Source: an uncultured Pseudomonadales bacterium (GTDB lineage Bacteria > Patescibacteriota > Microgenomatia > UBA1400 > PJMF01). Taken from it: DNA of 64,000 nt. Location of the stretch: NCBI GenBank assembly GCA_964447075.1, contig CAYUQY010000003.1, positions 7,463 through 71,462 of the forward strand, given 5' to 3'. The notes beneath the pieces were generated by a model, which made no database searches, was not told where the DNA came from, and was given only the letters and a program-made list of their open reading frames with translations. The position numbers were made by a program, and so were the translations under genes. Positions 55,312-64,000 of the stretch are shown in pieces. Numbering within the stretch: the stretch's first letter is position 1; each line of letters begins with the position of its first letter.

Positions 55312-56643
55312 ATGTCCCAACAAGACAAAGATATTACTTTCGAGCTAATCGAGCAGGAGAAAGTCAGACAACAAGAGATGATAGGCTTGATACCATCCGA
55401 GAACATTGTCTCGCCAGCGGTCTCAGCAGTTCTCTCTAGCTGTCTCTCTAATAAATACTCAGAAGGCTACAGCAATCGCCGCTACTACGAGGGCAATCAA
55501 GTGATTGACCAGATTGAGCTCTTAGCAATCGATCGACTCAAAAAATTATTTGAAGTACCGTACGTCAATGTTCAGCCTTACTCTGGATCTCCAGCTAATA
55601 GTGCTATCCAGTTCGCTCTGCTTAAGCCAGGAGAGACTCTCATGGGACTCAAGCTGATCAATGGAGGTCACCTTACCCACGGTCACCCAGATGTTACTTT
55701 TTCTGGCAGGTTTTTCAACTCTATTCAGTACGGTGTCAAAGATGACGCTCGGATAGATTTTGATCAAGTGCGAGCCTTAGCCAAGAAACACAAGCCTAAG
55801 CTAATTATTGCTGGTAACACGGCTTATCCTTTTATTTTGGATTTTGCAAAGTTTAGAGAGATAGCAGATGAAGTTGGAGCCTGGCTCATGGCTGATATAT
55901 CTCATGTGACAGGTCTGGTGATAGCAGGAGAACATCCGTCGCCCGTGCCACATGTCGATGTCATCATGAGTACCACTCACAAAACCTTTCGTGGGCCTAG
56001 AGGAGCGATGATTATGGTTACTCCCAGGGGCTTAAGGCGTGATCCTGAGTTAGGAAAGAAAATAGATCTGGCTATCATTCCTGGACTTCAAGGTGGGCCT
56101 CACAACGCCACCACGGCAGCCATTGCGATCGCAGCTGAGGAAGCCTCTCGACCTGAGTTTCAAAAATATGGTCGACAAATTTGCGCCAATGCCCAAGCGC
56201 TTGCCACTCAGTTGATCAAAAATGGCCTCGAGCTGGTAGGAGGTGGGACACAGACACATCTCATGGTTCTAGATCTTAGCTCCAAGGGCTACGGCTTGGG
56301 TAGTCAAGTATCTTTTGCTTTAGATGTAGCTGGAATCTATGCCAATCGCAACACAGTCCCCAATGAGCCCTGCTCGCCTTTTTATCCATCTGGAGTGCGT
56401 ATCGGCACACCCCTAATTACTTCAAGAGGCATGAAAGAAAAAGAGATGGTCAAGATCGCCGACTGGATAACCAAAGTTGTTTCGCTGGTTGAGGCTGAGG
56501 TCTTGCCTGAAGAAAAAGACGAGAGACCAGCTTTTCTCAAGGCTTTTCGGGTTAAGGCTAAAAAGATGGATGAGCTGCTCAAGATTCGTCTAGAGGTCAA
56601 GAAGTTATGTGCCAAGTTTCCGATCGCGTTAGCTTTTAAGTGA
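55312..56643 (+). CDS. glyA: Serine hydroxymethyltransferase
   Basis: LIPSEN, GGHLTHG, TTHKTFRGPRG, QGGP. Confidence 0.97.
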   Translation: MSQQDKDITFELIEQEKVRQQEMIGLIPSENIVSPAVSAVLSSCLSNKYSEGYSNRRYYEGNQVIDQIELLAIDRLKKLFEVPYVNVQPYSGSPANSAIQFALLKPGETLMGLKLINGGHLTHGHPDVTFSGRFFNSIQYGVKDDARIDFDQVRALAKKHKPKLIIAGNTAYPFILDFAKFREIADEVGAWLMADISHVTGLVIAGEHPSPVPHVDVIMSTTHKTFRGPRGAMIMVTPRGLRRDPELGKKIDLAIIPGLQGGPHNATTAAIAIAAEEASRPEFQKYGRQICANAQALATQLIKNGLELVGGGTQTHLMVLDLSSKGYGLGSQVSFALDVAGIYANRNTVPNEPCSPFYPSGVRIGTPLITSRGMKEKEMVKIADWITKVVSLVEAEVLPEEKDERPAFLKAFRVKAKKMDELLKIRLEVKKLCAKFPIALAFK

Positions 56644-56678
56644 AGACTTTAAGTGAAGCCTCTAAGTAAAGAATTGTT

Positions 56679-57608
56679 ATGAAGCAACAACTTTCAACTT
56701 CAAGATTAATTGGGGCGCATGTCTCAGCTGCCGGTGGGGTAGAGAAAGCTCTTGAAAGAGCTTCAACTATTGGGGCACGCTCACTCCAGATTTTTTCGGG
56801 TTCTCCACGAGTTTGGGCACGTCCAAAAATTGAAAGTTTTGATCCCAAAAAAATAACTGCTAAACAAAAAGAATTATCTGTTGCACCAATTATTATTCAT
56901 GCCTTATACTTGATCAATCTTGCAGGTGAAAAGCCAGAGTTGAGGCAAAAATCGCAGCAGGCTCTTGTTTTTGATCTTCGGGTAGATAGTCTGATTGGCG
57001 GGAGTGGAGTAGTAGTCCACTTGGGCAGTCATACCGGTCGAGGTTGGGAAGCAGTAAGAGAACAAGTTGCCCAAAGTATTGTGAAGATACTTGAGATGAC
57101 GCCAGAAAACTCGACTTTTTTGATCGAGAACTCTGCTGGTCAGAAAGGTAAACTGGTCTCAGACTTGAATGATCTGCGTTGGCTACTTGATAAAGTCAAC
57201 TCACCAAGACTTGGTTGGTGTGTCGATACCTGCCACTCTTGGGCTGCAGGGTACAGACTTTTAACAGGAGCTGAGCTTAATCTAACCAAACCAAGTGATC
57301 ATTCTAAAGCTGTCGTAGAGACACTTAGTAGTGACAATAGATCTCTTCCTGATGAGATAGAGCGTCTCAAACTTTGGTCAAGTCTCAAGTGTATCCACGT
57401 CAACGACAGCAGAGATCCATTTGCTTCTGGTCGCGACAGGCACGCCAATCTACTTGAGGGAAGCATTCCTAGTGGTGAGCTAGCTAGCTTTTTGGCACAT
57501 GAGAAGTTGAAGCATCTACCTTTAATTTTGGAAGTACCTGGACAAGATAAAAGTGGCCCGAATGAAGAAAATATTCAGAAATTGATCAAGCTAACTTCAG
57601 GAAAGTAA
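56679..57608 (+). CDS. nfo: Endonuclease IV
   Basis: GAHVSAAGG, HALYLINL, IENSAG, DTCH, HVNDS, DRHAN. Confidence 0.94.
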   Translation: MKQQLSTSRLIGAHVSAAGGVEKALERASTIGARSLQIFSGSPRVWARPKIESFDPKKITAKQKELSVAPIIIHALYLINLAGEKPELRQKSQQALVFDLRVDSLIGGSGVVVHLGSHTGRGWEAVREQVAQSIVKILEMTPENSTFLIENSAGQKGKLVSDLNDLRWLLDKVNSPRLGWCVDTCHSWAAGYRLLTGAELNLTKPSDHSKAVVETLSSDNRSLPDEIERLKLWSSLKCIHVNDSRDPFASGRDRHANLLEGSIPSGELASFLAHEKLKHLPLILEVPGQDKSGPNEENIQKLIKLTSGK

Positions 57609-57634
57609 AAAAAATAAAACTCTAAAATCGAAAC

Positions 57635-58540
57635 ATGCCTATAATTTTTGATGGTCTTCAACTAGCAGCACTCAAAGAGCAGCAACTCAGCTTGGATGTT
57701 TTTAACCTAAAAAAACGAGGTATCCACCTCAAAATAGCTGCCATTCTCTTTCAAGAGGATGCAGGCAGTGTGACTTATACGCGCCTCAAGAAAGAGGCTG
57801 CCACTAGGGTGGGTATCGGATACTCTACTTATGTTTTTTCGATCTGTGATCCAGTCAAGAAGATACTTTCTCAGATCACTGACTGCAACCAAGACAAGAG
57901 TGTGACAGGGATTATTATTCAGAAGCCGATGAAGAGGAGATGGCAAGAGGTAGTCTCACAACAGTCATTGCCTCAAGAGGACTACAGTAAATGGTGGAGT
58001 AGTCTAGTAGGTGCGATTGATCTAAAAAAAGACGTTGATGGCTTACATCCCCAGACTCTTGAATCTGTCAAAAATGGAACTTGGCAGATAGAGGGTAAAG
58101 TTCTGCCAGCTACCTGTCAGGCAGTTCTAGAGATTCTTGAGAGTTGTAAGCAACAGTTGCCTGGTAGTTTCAGTTTGAAGAGCAAGATTATAATCAATGG
58201 TAAGTCAGACCTTCTTGGTACCCCCCTTACCTATGTGCTCAAGAATAAGGGTTACTCAGTTGAGCTTCTTGGTCATCAGGATTTTAAGTTGCGCCTAGAG
58301 TCTCAGCAACAATTGCGAGATGCTGATATTTTGATTACAGCTACTGGCCAGGCATCACTAATAACTGGAGAGCTTGTCAAACCAGGTGTAGTAGCGATTG
58401 ACGTAGGTGAGCCTAAGGGCGATTTAGATCAATCTACGGTCTTGCCAAACTCAGTTTTTTTTACACCAGTTCCAGGAGGAGTAGGGCCGATGACAGTGGT
58501 AAGTTTGTTAGCCAATGCAGTTCTTATCTCAAGCTCATGA
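57635..58540 (+). CDS. folD: Methylene-THF dehydrogenase/cyclohydrolase
   Basis: KDVDG, PAT, IDVG, TPVPGGVGPMTV. Confidence 0.93.
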   Translation: MPIIFDGLQLAALKEQQLSLDVFNLKKRGIHLKIAAILFQEDAGSVTYTRLKKEAATRVGIGYSTYVFSICDPVKKILSQITDCNQDKSVTGIIIQKPMKRRWQEVVSQQSLPQEDYSKWWSSLVGAIDLKKDVDGLHPQTLESVKNGTWQIEGKVLPATCQAVLEILESCKQQLPGSFSLKSKIIINGKSDLLGTPLTYVLKNKGYSVELLGHQDFKLRLESQQQLRDADILITATGQASLITGELVKPGVVAIDVGEPKGDLDQSTVLPNSVFFTPVPGGVGPMTVVSLLANAVLISSS

Positions 58541-58559
58541 TACAATCAGACTCTTATTT

Positions 58560-58625
58560 ACTCTAGTGACCTTCATTCACTCCTGTCCTGATTAACTTCA
58601 GGATGAGAAGGACACTTAGTCAGCA
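58560..58625 (+). promoter_or_regulatory. Structured rpsB 5' leader
   Basis: TACAAT at about 58541, then hairpin TCCTGA/TCAGGA within a longer imperfect stem. Confidence 0.35.
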
Positions 58626-58673
58626 GACTTTCTAACACTTAAAAGGTTGAAACTGACAGAAAAAAGGATATCT

Positions 58674-59390
58674 ATGCTAGATTTAAACTCTCTTCCCTCT
58701 AAGGCACCTGCCTTTGATCCTCAAGAACTTCTCGATGCTGGCTGTCATTTTGGCCATCAAGCCAAACGTTGGCATCCCCGCATGCAAAAATGGATTTACG
58801 CTCAAAAAGACGGAGTACATATTTTTGATCTGATCAAAACTGTCGAGCAGCTCAAGCAGGCTTACGACTATGCCTACGACTTAGGTAAGTCTGGCAAAAC
58901 ACTTGTCGTTATCGGCACCAAGAAGCAAGCTCGAGAAGTAGTAAAGGAGCTGTGTTTGCGAGAGGGTTGTCTTTACATTGTTTCTCGTTGGTTAGGTGGA
59001 TTGTTGACCAACTGGGAGCAAGTCCAGAAGTCTTTACACCGCATGATCTCTATCGAGAAAGGCTTGGAAGAGGGGACTTTAAGTCACTACACCAAGTACG
59101 AGCGGACTCTTATGGAGAAGGAGAAAAATCGTCTTGAGAGATTTTTTGGTGGTCTGCGAGCACTAAAAAATAAGCCAGATGCACTTTTTATCGTTGACCC
59201 CAGTCGAGAAAAAGTCGTAGTTCAAGAAGCCACTCGCACTGGTGTACCTATTATCGCTATGGTAGACAGTAACACAGATCCAACTCAGGTGGACATTGTT
59301 ATTCCCGCCAATGATGACTCGACACTTAGTATTAGATTGATTGTTGAAAGTGTCTTGTCCGGTTATAGTGAGGGTAAGAAAAACAAGTAA
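58674..59390 (+). CDS. rpsB: 30S ribosomal protein S2
   Basis: AGCHFGH, RWLGGLLTN, IPANDD. Confidence 0.97.
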   Translation: MLDLNSLPSKAPAFDPQELLDAGCHFGHQAKRWHPRMQKWIYAQKDGVHIFDLIKTVEQLKQAYDYAYDLGKSGKTLVVIGTKKQAREVVKELCLREGCLYIVSRWLGGLLTNWEQVQKSLHRMISIEKGLEEGTLSHYTKYERTLMEKEKNRLERFFGGLRALKNKPDALFIVDPSREKVVVQEATRTGVPIIAMVDSNTDPTQVDIVIPANDDSTLSIRLIVESVLSGYSEGKKNK

Positions 59391-59432
59391 ATTTGTTTGG
59401 TTTTTTAGGGCAAACAAAAAAGGAGAAAGAGA

Positions 59433-59891
59433 ATGTCGTACAGTACACAAGATCTCAAGCAGCTTCGTGACGAGACAGGAGCGGCTATCATGGACTGTAA
59501 AAAGGCTCTGGAAGAGTCAGAAGGTAACATGGAAAAGGCTAAAGAGTGGGTGAGACAAAAAGGACTTCAGAAAGCAGAAAAAAAAGCTGATCGTGAAACA
59601 AAGGAAGGTTATATAGCTTGCTACATCCACTCAAATAACAAAATTGCCGCTATGGTGGAAATCTTGTGTGAGACTGACTATGTAGCTAGGAACAGTGATT
59701 TCCAAGACATGGCCAAAAATGTAGCAATGCAGGTAGTGTCCATGAATCCCACTGATGTCAAAGAGTTGTTAGCTCAAGAGTTCATCAAGGATCCATCAGT
59801 AAAGATAGAAGAACTGGTCAAAGGATTAAGCGGCAAAATTGGTGAGAAGTTTGTGATCAATCGATTCATGCGTTACCAAGTAGGTGAGTAG
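59433..59891 (+). CDS. tsf: Elongation factor Ts (short form)
   Basis: LRDETGA..MDCKKAL, CETDYVAR, KIGEK. Confidence 0.95.
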   Translation: MSYSTQDLKQLRDETGAAIMDCKKALEESEGNMEKAKEWVRQKGLQKAEKKADRETKEGYIACYIHSNNKIAAMVEILCETDYVARNSDFQDMAKNVAMQVVSMNPTDVKELLAQEFIKDPSVKIEELVKGLSGKIGEKFVINRFMRYQVGE

Positions 59892-59912
59892 TAACAATAT
59901 AATGTTCTTTCC

Positions 59913-60560
59913 ATGCATAAATTGCCTCGGGCAGTCACTCGCTTAATAGAGTCATTCGAAAAATTACCAGGTGTAGGGCCAAAATCAGCTCAGAGATTGG
60001 TTTTTTATTTGCTCCACACACCTCAGACGTACCTTGAGGATTTTGCCAAGCGTTTGGTAGCCCTTCAACATGAGACAGTTATGTGCAGTGCTTGTCACAA
60101 CATAGGTGAGGAGGATCCTTGTCCTATCTGTTCAGATCAAAGCAGGGATGAGGAGTTGCTATGTGTGGTAGAGCAGCCACTAGATGTTTTAGCCATCGAG
60201 AGATCGGGTCAGTATAGTGGCAAGTATCACGTTTTACATGGTGCTATCGAGCCCCTCAATAATATTGGTCCTGATCAAATTTATCTAAGTGACATAACCA
60301 AGAGACTTACTGGAGTTAAAGAACTAATTATAGCTACCAATCCGACCATGGAGGGTGAAGCTACAGGTCTCTACATCATTGAGCTGATCAGGCAGATGAG
60401 ACCAGAGTTGCTTTCAAGTAGTAGTGGCTCTAATAAATCGCTGATCATTACGCGTATAGGTCATGGCTTGCCTATCGGGGCTGACATTGAGTATGCTGAT
60501 GGCTTAACTTTGGCTCGTGCTCTGGAAGGACGTCGTCAGATGATCTCTGACACTGTCTGA
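59913..60560 (+). CDS. recR: Recombination mediator RecR
   Basis: LPGVGPKSAQR, C4 Zn finger, ATNPTMEGEAT, EYAD. Confidence 0.96.
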   Translation: MHKLPRAVTRLIESFEKLPGVGPKSAQRLVFYLLHTPQTYLEDFAKRLVALQHETVMCSACHNIGEEDPCPICSDQSRDEELLCVVEQPLDVLAIERSGQYSGKYHVLHGAIEPLNNIGPDQIYLSDITKRLTGVKELIIATNPTMEGEATGLYIIELIRQMRPELLSSSSGSNKSLIITRIGHGLPIGADIEYADGLTLARALEGRRQMISDTV

Positions 60561-60693
60561 GATAGTTAGTGATCTTGTAATTTATAGAGTCAGGTGTAGA
60601 GTGGAGTGAATATGGTTGAAGTTAGTCCAAATTTTCTGTTTGACGAAGAAGAGAATCAAGAGTAAGCTCTCTCAAAGTTAAGAGAGGAGAGAC

Positions 60694-61011
60694 ATGACTG
60701 TTATTGTCCATTCCAAAACCTTGAAGGTTACTCAGGCAATTCGCTCTGCAGTTCTGCATCATGCGCAAAGGTTGCTAAAAAGATTTCCTCGTGTTTCTCA
60801 GATAAATGTTTTTTTAGAAAAAGCGGCGCGCAAGAAGAATGACAGTTATGCCTCTCAGGCTGAGTTTTTAGTCAAATCTCCAGGCAAGGACGTAGTTGTC
60901 AAAAAAACTGCAGTAGATCTCTACAAAGCTATTCATGATAGCGCTCATACTGCTATACTCAGTCTCCAGAAGCTCCAAGATCGCCGCAGTTCGCACACAT
61001 CTCACATCTGA
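60694..61011 (+). CDS. hpf: Ribosome hibernation factor (HPF/RaiA)
   Basis: VTQAIR, DLYKAI; ~100 aa; SD AGGAG. Confidence 0.8.
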   Translation: MTVIVHSKTLKVTQAIRSAVLHHAQRLLKRFPRVSQINVFLEKAARKKNDSYASQAEFLVKSPGKDVVVKKTAVDLYKAIHDSAHTAILSLQKLQDRRSSHTSHI

Positions 61012-61013
61012 AT

Positions 61014-61499
61014 ATGCCAGACCCTGCAACGACTGTTACTAGTTTTCCAACATCTCTAGATCCATCTTTGGGCTCAGTTCTGCCAGCTACTTCAGACTTT
61101 TCAGATCAAGATTTATCAGTTCTGCCAGCTACTTCAGACTTTTCAGATCAAGATTTATCAGTTCTGCCAGCTTCGGCACCTACCCCGAATATGGGTAAAA
61201 AACCAAGCCCTCTTGATGTTTTAGATGAAATCCTAAATGAAGCTCAGGAAAAAACTGATGCCTTTAAGAAGGAGCTAGAAGAAAAAGAGGCTGCCAAATT
61301 AGCAGAAGAAAAGTTGGCCAGAGAGTTGGCCAATCAGCAGATGATAGCGGCTGCAGCTGAGCAGATAGAGGCTGCCAAACAATCCCCTCAGTATCTAGCC
61401 AAGCTAGCCCAAGATGATCAAGTTAAGTCTGATGAACAACTCCACGCTCAAGAGTTGTCCGGCATGTCGATAAATCAGCTTAAACACAGTACGGTTTAA
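61014..61499 (+). CDS. Hypothetical coiled-coil protein
   Basis: Starts 2 nt after hpf; acidic/helical composition. Confidence 0.65.
   Translation: MPDPATTVTSFPTSLDPSLGSVLPATSDFSDQDLSVLPATSDFSDQDLSVLPASAPTPNMGKKPSPLDVLDEILNEAQEKTDAFKKELEEKEAAKLAEEKLARELANQQMIAAAAEQIEAAKQSPQYLAKLAQDDQVKSDEQLHAQELSGMSINQLKHSTV
61074..61172 (+). repeat. Perfect 42-bp tandem repeat (about 2.4 copies)
   Basis: TCAGTTCTGCCAGCTACTTCAGACTTTTCAGATCAAGATTTA at 61074 and 61116, partial at 61158. Confidence 0.92.
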
Positions 61500-61512
61500 A
61501 AAGAATAATTTT

Positions 61513-62181
61513 ATGTCTGATAACCCAGGTGCTTCTCCCTCAGCTGGACAGCTTACCTCTCCAGATATGGCGTCGATGATGCAGCAGTTTGCAGCTCAGA
61601 GCAAATCAAGCTCAGGTGGTGGGGCTCAGGGTAGTGGAAGTCCAACTCAGGGTGCCGCTGGTTCTAGCGGCCCTCAAAATTCAGTTAGTCCGTCATCAAG
61701 CTCTCTGCCAGGAATGAGTGGCTCACAGTCTAAGTCGAGCGCTCAGTCACAGAAACCACCTAGGAATGTTGACAGTATTCCTAAAGAGATGAAGATGATG
61801 GTAGCTGATGTGGGTCAAGGATTGTTGAGCGCCTTGCCAGATTTTATGCAGAGTATTCTGCACATCAACTCTACAGATACTCCAGAAGAAAAAGCCAAAA
61901 AGCGTCAGAGTATTCAAAAGTTTAACTCTCTATCAGACCAAGACCGTCAGTTTACAGTTAAAAAATATCAAGAACGGACAGCACGTCAGAAGCAGGAGCA
62001 GCAGCAAGAACAACAGCGCAAAGCTGCTCAAGAAAACTCTAGATCAAGTGCTCTACCAATGCCCAAGGGTCAGAAAAAAGGCGTTATGCCAGGAATGTCT
62101 GGTGGAGGAAAGACCAAAGGTCAAAGCATGACTGAACAGATGCTTTTTCAACAGAGAAACACTCAATCAGGCGCAGGTTGA
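61513..62181 (+). CDS. Hypothetical Ser/Gly/Gln-rich protein
   Basis: 222-aa low-complexity ORF. Confidence 0.65.
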   Translation: MSDNPGASPSAGQLTSPDMASMMQQFAAQSKSSSGGGAQGSGSPTQGAAGSSGPQNSVSPSSSSLPGMSGSQSKSSAQSQKPPRNVDSIPKEMKMMVADVGQGLLSALPDFMQSILHINSTDTPEEKAKKRQSIQKFNSLSDQDRQFTVKKYQERTARQKQEQQQEQQRKAAQENSRSSALPMPKGQKKGVMPGMSGGGKTKGQSMTEQMLFQQRNTQSGAG

Positions 62182-62265
62182 TCTGGCATTGAGGCAAGCT
62201 GTGTCGCAATTTGGGGCCACATTTAGCCGTCGACCTGATAACTGCATGCATGTACAATCGCTTTT

Positions 62266-63714
62266 ATGCGACTTTACAACACACTTTCACGCACCGTTGA
62301 AGCATTCACGCCGATCAATCAGCCTGAGGTAGGTCTTTATGCTTGTGGATTTACAGTTTATGACTTCACGCATCTGGGCCACTTGCGTAAGTACTCGATG
62401 GATGACGTCTTGATTCGTACCCTGCGCTACTTAGGGTATAAGGTAAAGTTTGTCCAGAACATTACTGACGTAGGTCACTTAGCATCTGACGGCGATTCTG
62501 GAGAGGATAAGCTTGAAAAAGGTGCCAAAAAATACGGCAAGACAGTTTGGGACATAGCTCATGAGTTTGAGGATTATTTTTGGAGATCTATGGATTTGAT
62601 GGGTAATGTCAGGCCTGATATTAGTTGCCGAGCTACAGAGCACATCAAAGAACAGCTCGCTATGGTCATGGAGCTAGAAAAAAAAGGATTTACTTACGTC
62701 ATAGAAGGAGATGGTGTCTACTTTGATAGCTCTAAGTTTCCCACCTATACTTTTTTGTCTAAAATTAAAGTTGACAAGCTTGAAGCTGGTTCTAGGATTG
62801 AGATGGTCAAGGGTAAAAGAAATTTGACTGATTTTGCAGTCTGGAAGTTTGAGCGTCCAGGCGAGAATAGAGCTATGGTCTGGGAAAGTCCTTGGCATCC
62901 GAGATCTTTTCCCGGCTGGCATATCGAGTGCTCAGCAATGGCTATCAAGTACTTGGGAGAACAATTTGATATTCATACTGGGGGCATTGATCATATCCCT
63001 GTTCATCACACCAACGAGATTGCTCAGGCAGAGTCTGCATCTGGTAAGTCACCTTTTGTGAAGTTCTGGGTTCATCATAACTTTCTTAGAGTTGATGGGG
63101 AAAAGATGAGTAAATCCTTGGGAAATTTTTTTACCATTGATGATGTTCTAAAGCGGGGCATCACTCCTATGGCCATAAGACTACTCTTTCTCACCACTCA
63201 TTATCGATCAGAGATGAACTTCACTTGGGATGCTTTGAATGGGGCAGCTCAGGCTTACAAGAGGCTTACGAGAGCAGTAGTTGAGTTTAAACAGGAAACT
63301 AGACGTAATGAGCTAAGTCCTGAGAAGCTGCGTAAATTAGATATTTTTCGTAAAGAATTCTTCCATTTTTTGGAAGACGACCTTAAAACACCCGAGGCTG
63401 TCTCTACTATGTGGGAGTTGGTTAAATCTGGTGTTCCTAGTAGAGATAAATTTGATTTACTGATGGAGTTTGACGAGGTGCTGGGTTTGGGTCTGAAGTC
63501 TGCAGCTCAGCTGAGCTCAGAGTCTCACTCGGTCTTGGATTCTGATCAGACAGGAGTTTCGAGTAGGCAGGAGCTAAAAATTTCTTCAGAGGTAGCTCAA
63601 CTTTTGAACGAGAGGCAAGCAGCTCGTTTAGTCAAAGACTGGAAAAAATCCGATCAATTACGTCAACAACTATTAGATTTGGGGCACTTAGTTCAGGATG
63701 GTGCGATTACTTAA
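62266..63714 (+). CDS. cysS: Cysteine--tRNA ligase
   Basis: CGFTVY..HLGH, PGWHIECSAM, DIHTGG, KMSKS. Confidence 0.97.
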   Translation: MRLYNTLSRTVEAFTPINQPEVGLYACGFTVYDFTHLGHLRKYSMDDVLIRTLRYLGYKVKFVQNITDVGHLASDGDSGEDKLEKGAKKYGKTVWDIAHEFEDYFWRSMDLMGNVRPDISCRATEHIKEQLAMVMELEKKGFTYVIEGDGVYFDSSKFPTYTFLSKIKVDKLEAGSRIEMVKGKRNLTDFAVWKFERPGENRAMVWESPWHPRSFPGWHIECSAMAIKYLGEQFDIHTGGIDHIPVHHTNEIAQAESASGKSPFVKFWVHHNFLRVDGEKMSKSLGNFFTIDDVLKRGITPMAIRLLFLTTHYRSEMNFTWDALNGAAQAYKRLTRAVVEFKQETRRNELSPEKLRKLDIFRKEFFHFLEDDLKTPEAVSTMWELVKSGVPSRDKFDLLMEFDEVLGLGLKSAAQLSSESHSVLDSDQTGVSSRQELKISSEVAQLLNERQAARLVKDWKKSDQLRQQLLDLGHLVQDGAIT

Positions 63715-63728
63715 GACGACACGACTAC

Positions 63729-64000
63729 CTAAGACGGCACGACTTGCTCGATTATCTGTCGATGTTGTACAATTCTCATTAGCGTAGAGTGGATTTCGCC
63801 ATGACTAGCCAGAGAGGTTAGCACACCAAGTTGACCTCCCCAAGTTGTGCCGATGAAGTTAGAGATCTTCTGGGAACAGTCTACTACCATCACGAGTGGG
63901 ATCAAGAATGTGCTACTCTGATTTTTGATTCTATCTAAGAAAGTTAAGATCTGGGTTGGAGGCAGGCTACAGCTGCAGAGAACTAAGTCAGGTGAGTCAG
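63729..64000 (-). CDS. 3' part of a receiver-fold-like protein (begins outside window)
   Basis: Open frame DSPDLVLCSCSLP...FLIPLVMVVD...EQVVPS*. Confidence 0.55.
   Translation of the reverse strand, partial: DSPDLVLCSCSLPPTQILTFLDRIKNQSSTFLIPLVMVVDCSQKISNFIGTTWGGQLGVLTSLASHGEIHSTLMRIVQHRQIIEQVVPS

Noticed and set aside
59433-59891. Truncated tsf pseudogene
   Set aside because: Short EF-Ts forms are known; the gene has an SD, intact motifs and a normal C-terminus
63780-63920. Lysine-riboswitch-like or T-box leader on +
   Set aside because: Core motifs are missing, and the minus strand carries an uninterrupted reading frame

Overview
This is a core-genome window from a small-genome bacterium using translation code 11. 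Gene content suggests Patescibacteria/CPR, probably Microgenomates (inference from a short EF-Ts, a sortase, Ser/Pro-rich surface proteins and divergent housekeeping proteins). Housekeeping content includes secE-nusG-rplKAJ(L), four tRNAs, rpmG, efp/epmA, rpmB, fmt/def, mreBCD-mrdA, dprA-topA, nadD, glyA, nfo, folD, rpsB-tsf, recR, hpf and cysS. Accessory content includes a VapBC-type TA pair, an AbiEi/AbiEii pair, an AAA_14 ATPase plus gene debris beside tRNA-Trp, a sortase with an LAxTG substrate, a probable dockerin/cohesin surface-protein pair, an IS1016-group element, a VWA-regulator-kinase operon and RhuM. The strongest candidate for an undescribed system is a four-gene nucleotide module at 40.0-42.9 kb. 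It comprises a HIGH-family nucleotidyltransferase, a dCMP-type deaminase fused to a degenerate nucleotidyltransferase-like domain, an HxHxQ HIT/GalT-type protein, and a ThyA lacking two of its four phosphate-binding arginines. It lies in a wider folate/thymidylate neighbourhood (DHFR, HD hydrolase, tmk, glyA, folD). My hypothesis, untested, is dTMP synthesis via nucleotidylated intermediates. Other signals the ORF track does not show are a 6S-like rod-shaped RNA, a second copy of the AbiE operator 8.7 kb away, an OmpR-type tandem operator, and many apparently leaderless genes. No CRISPR array or rRNA was seen. All family assignments come from motif recognition by eye; no database searches were run.
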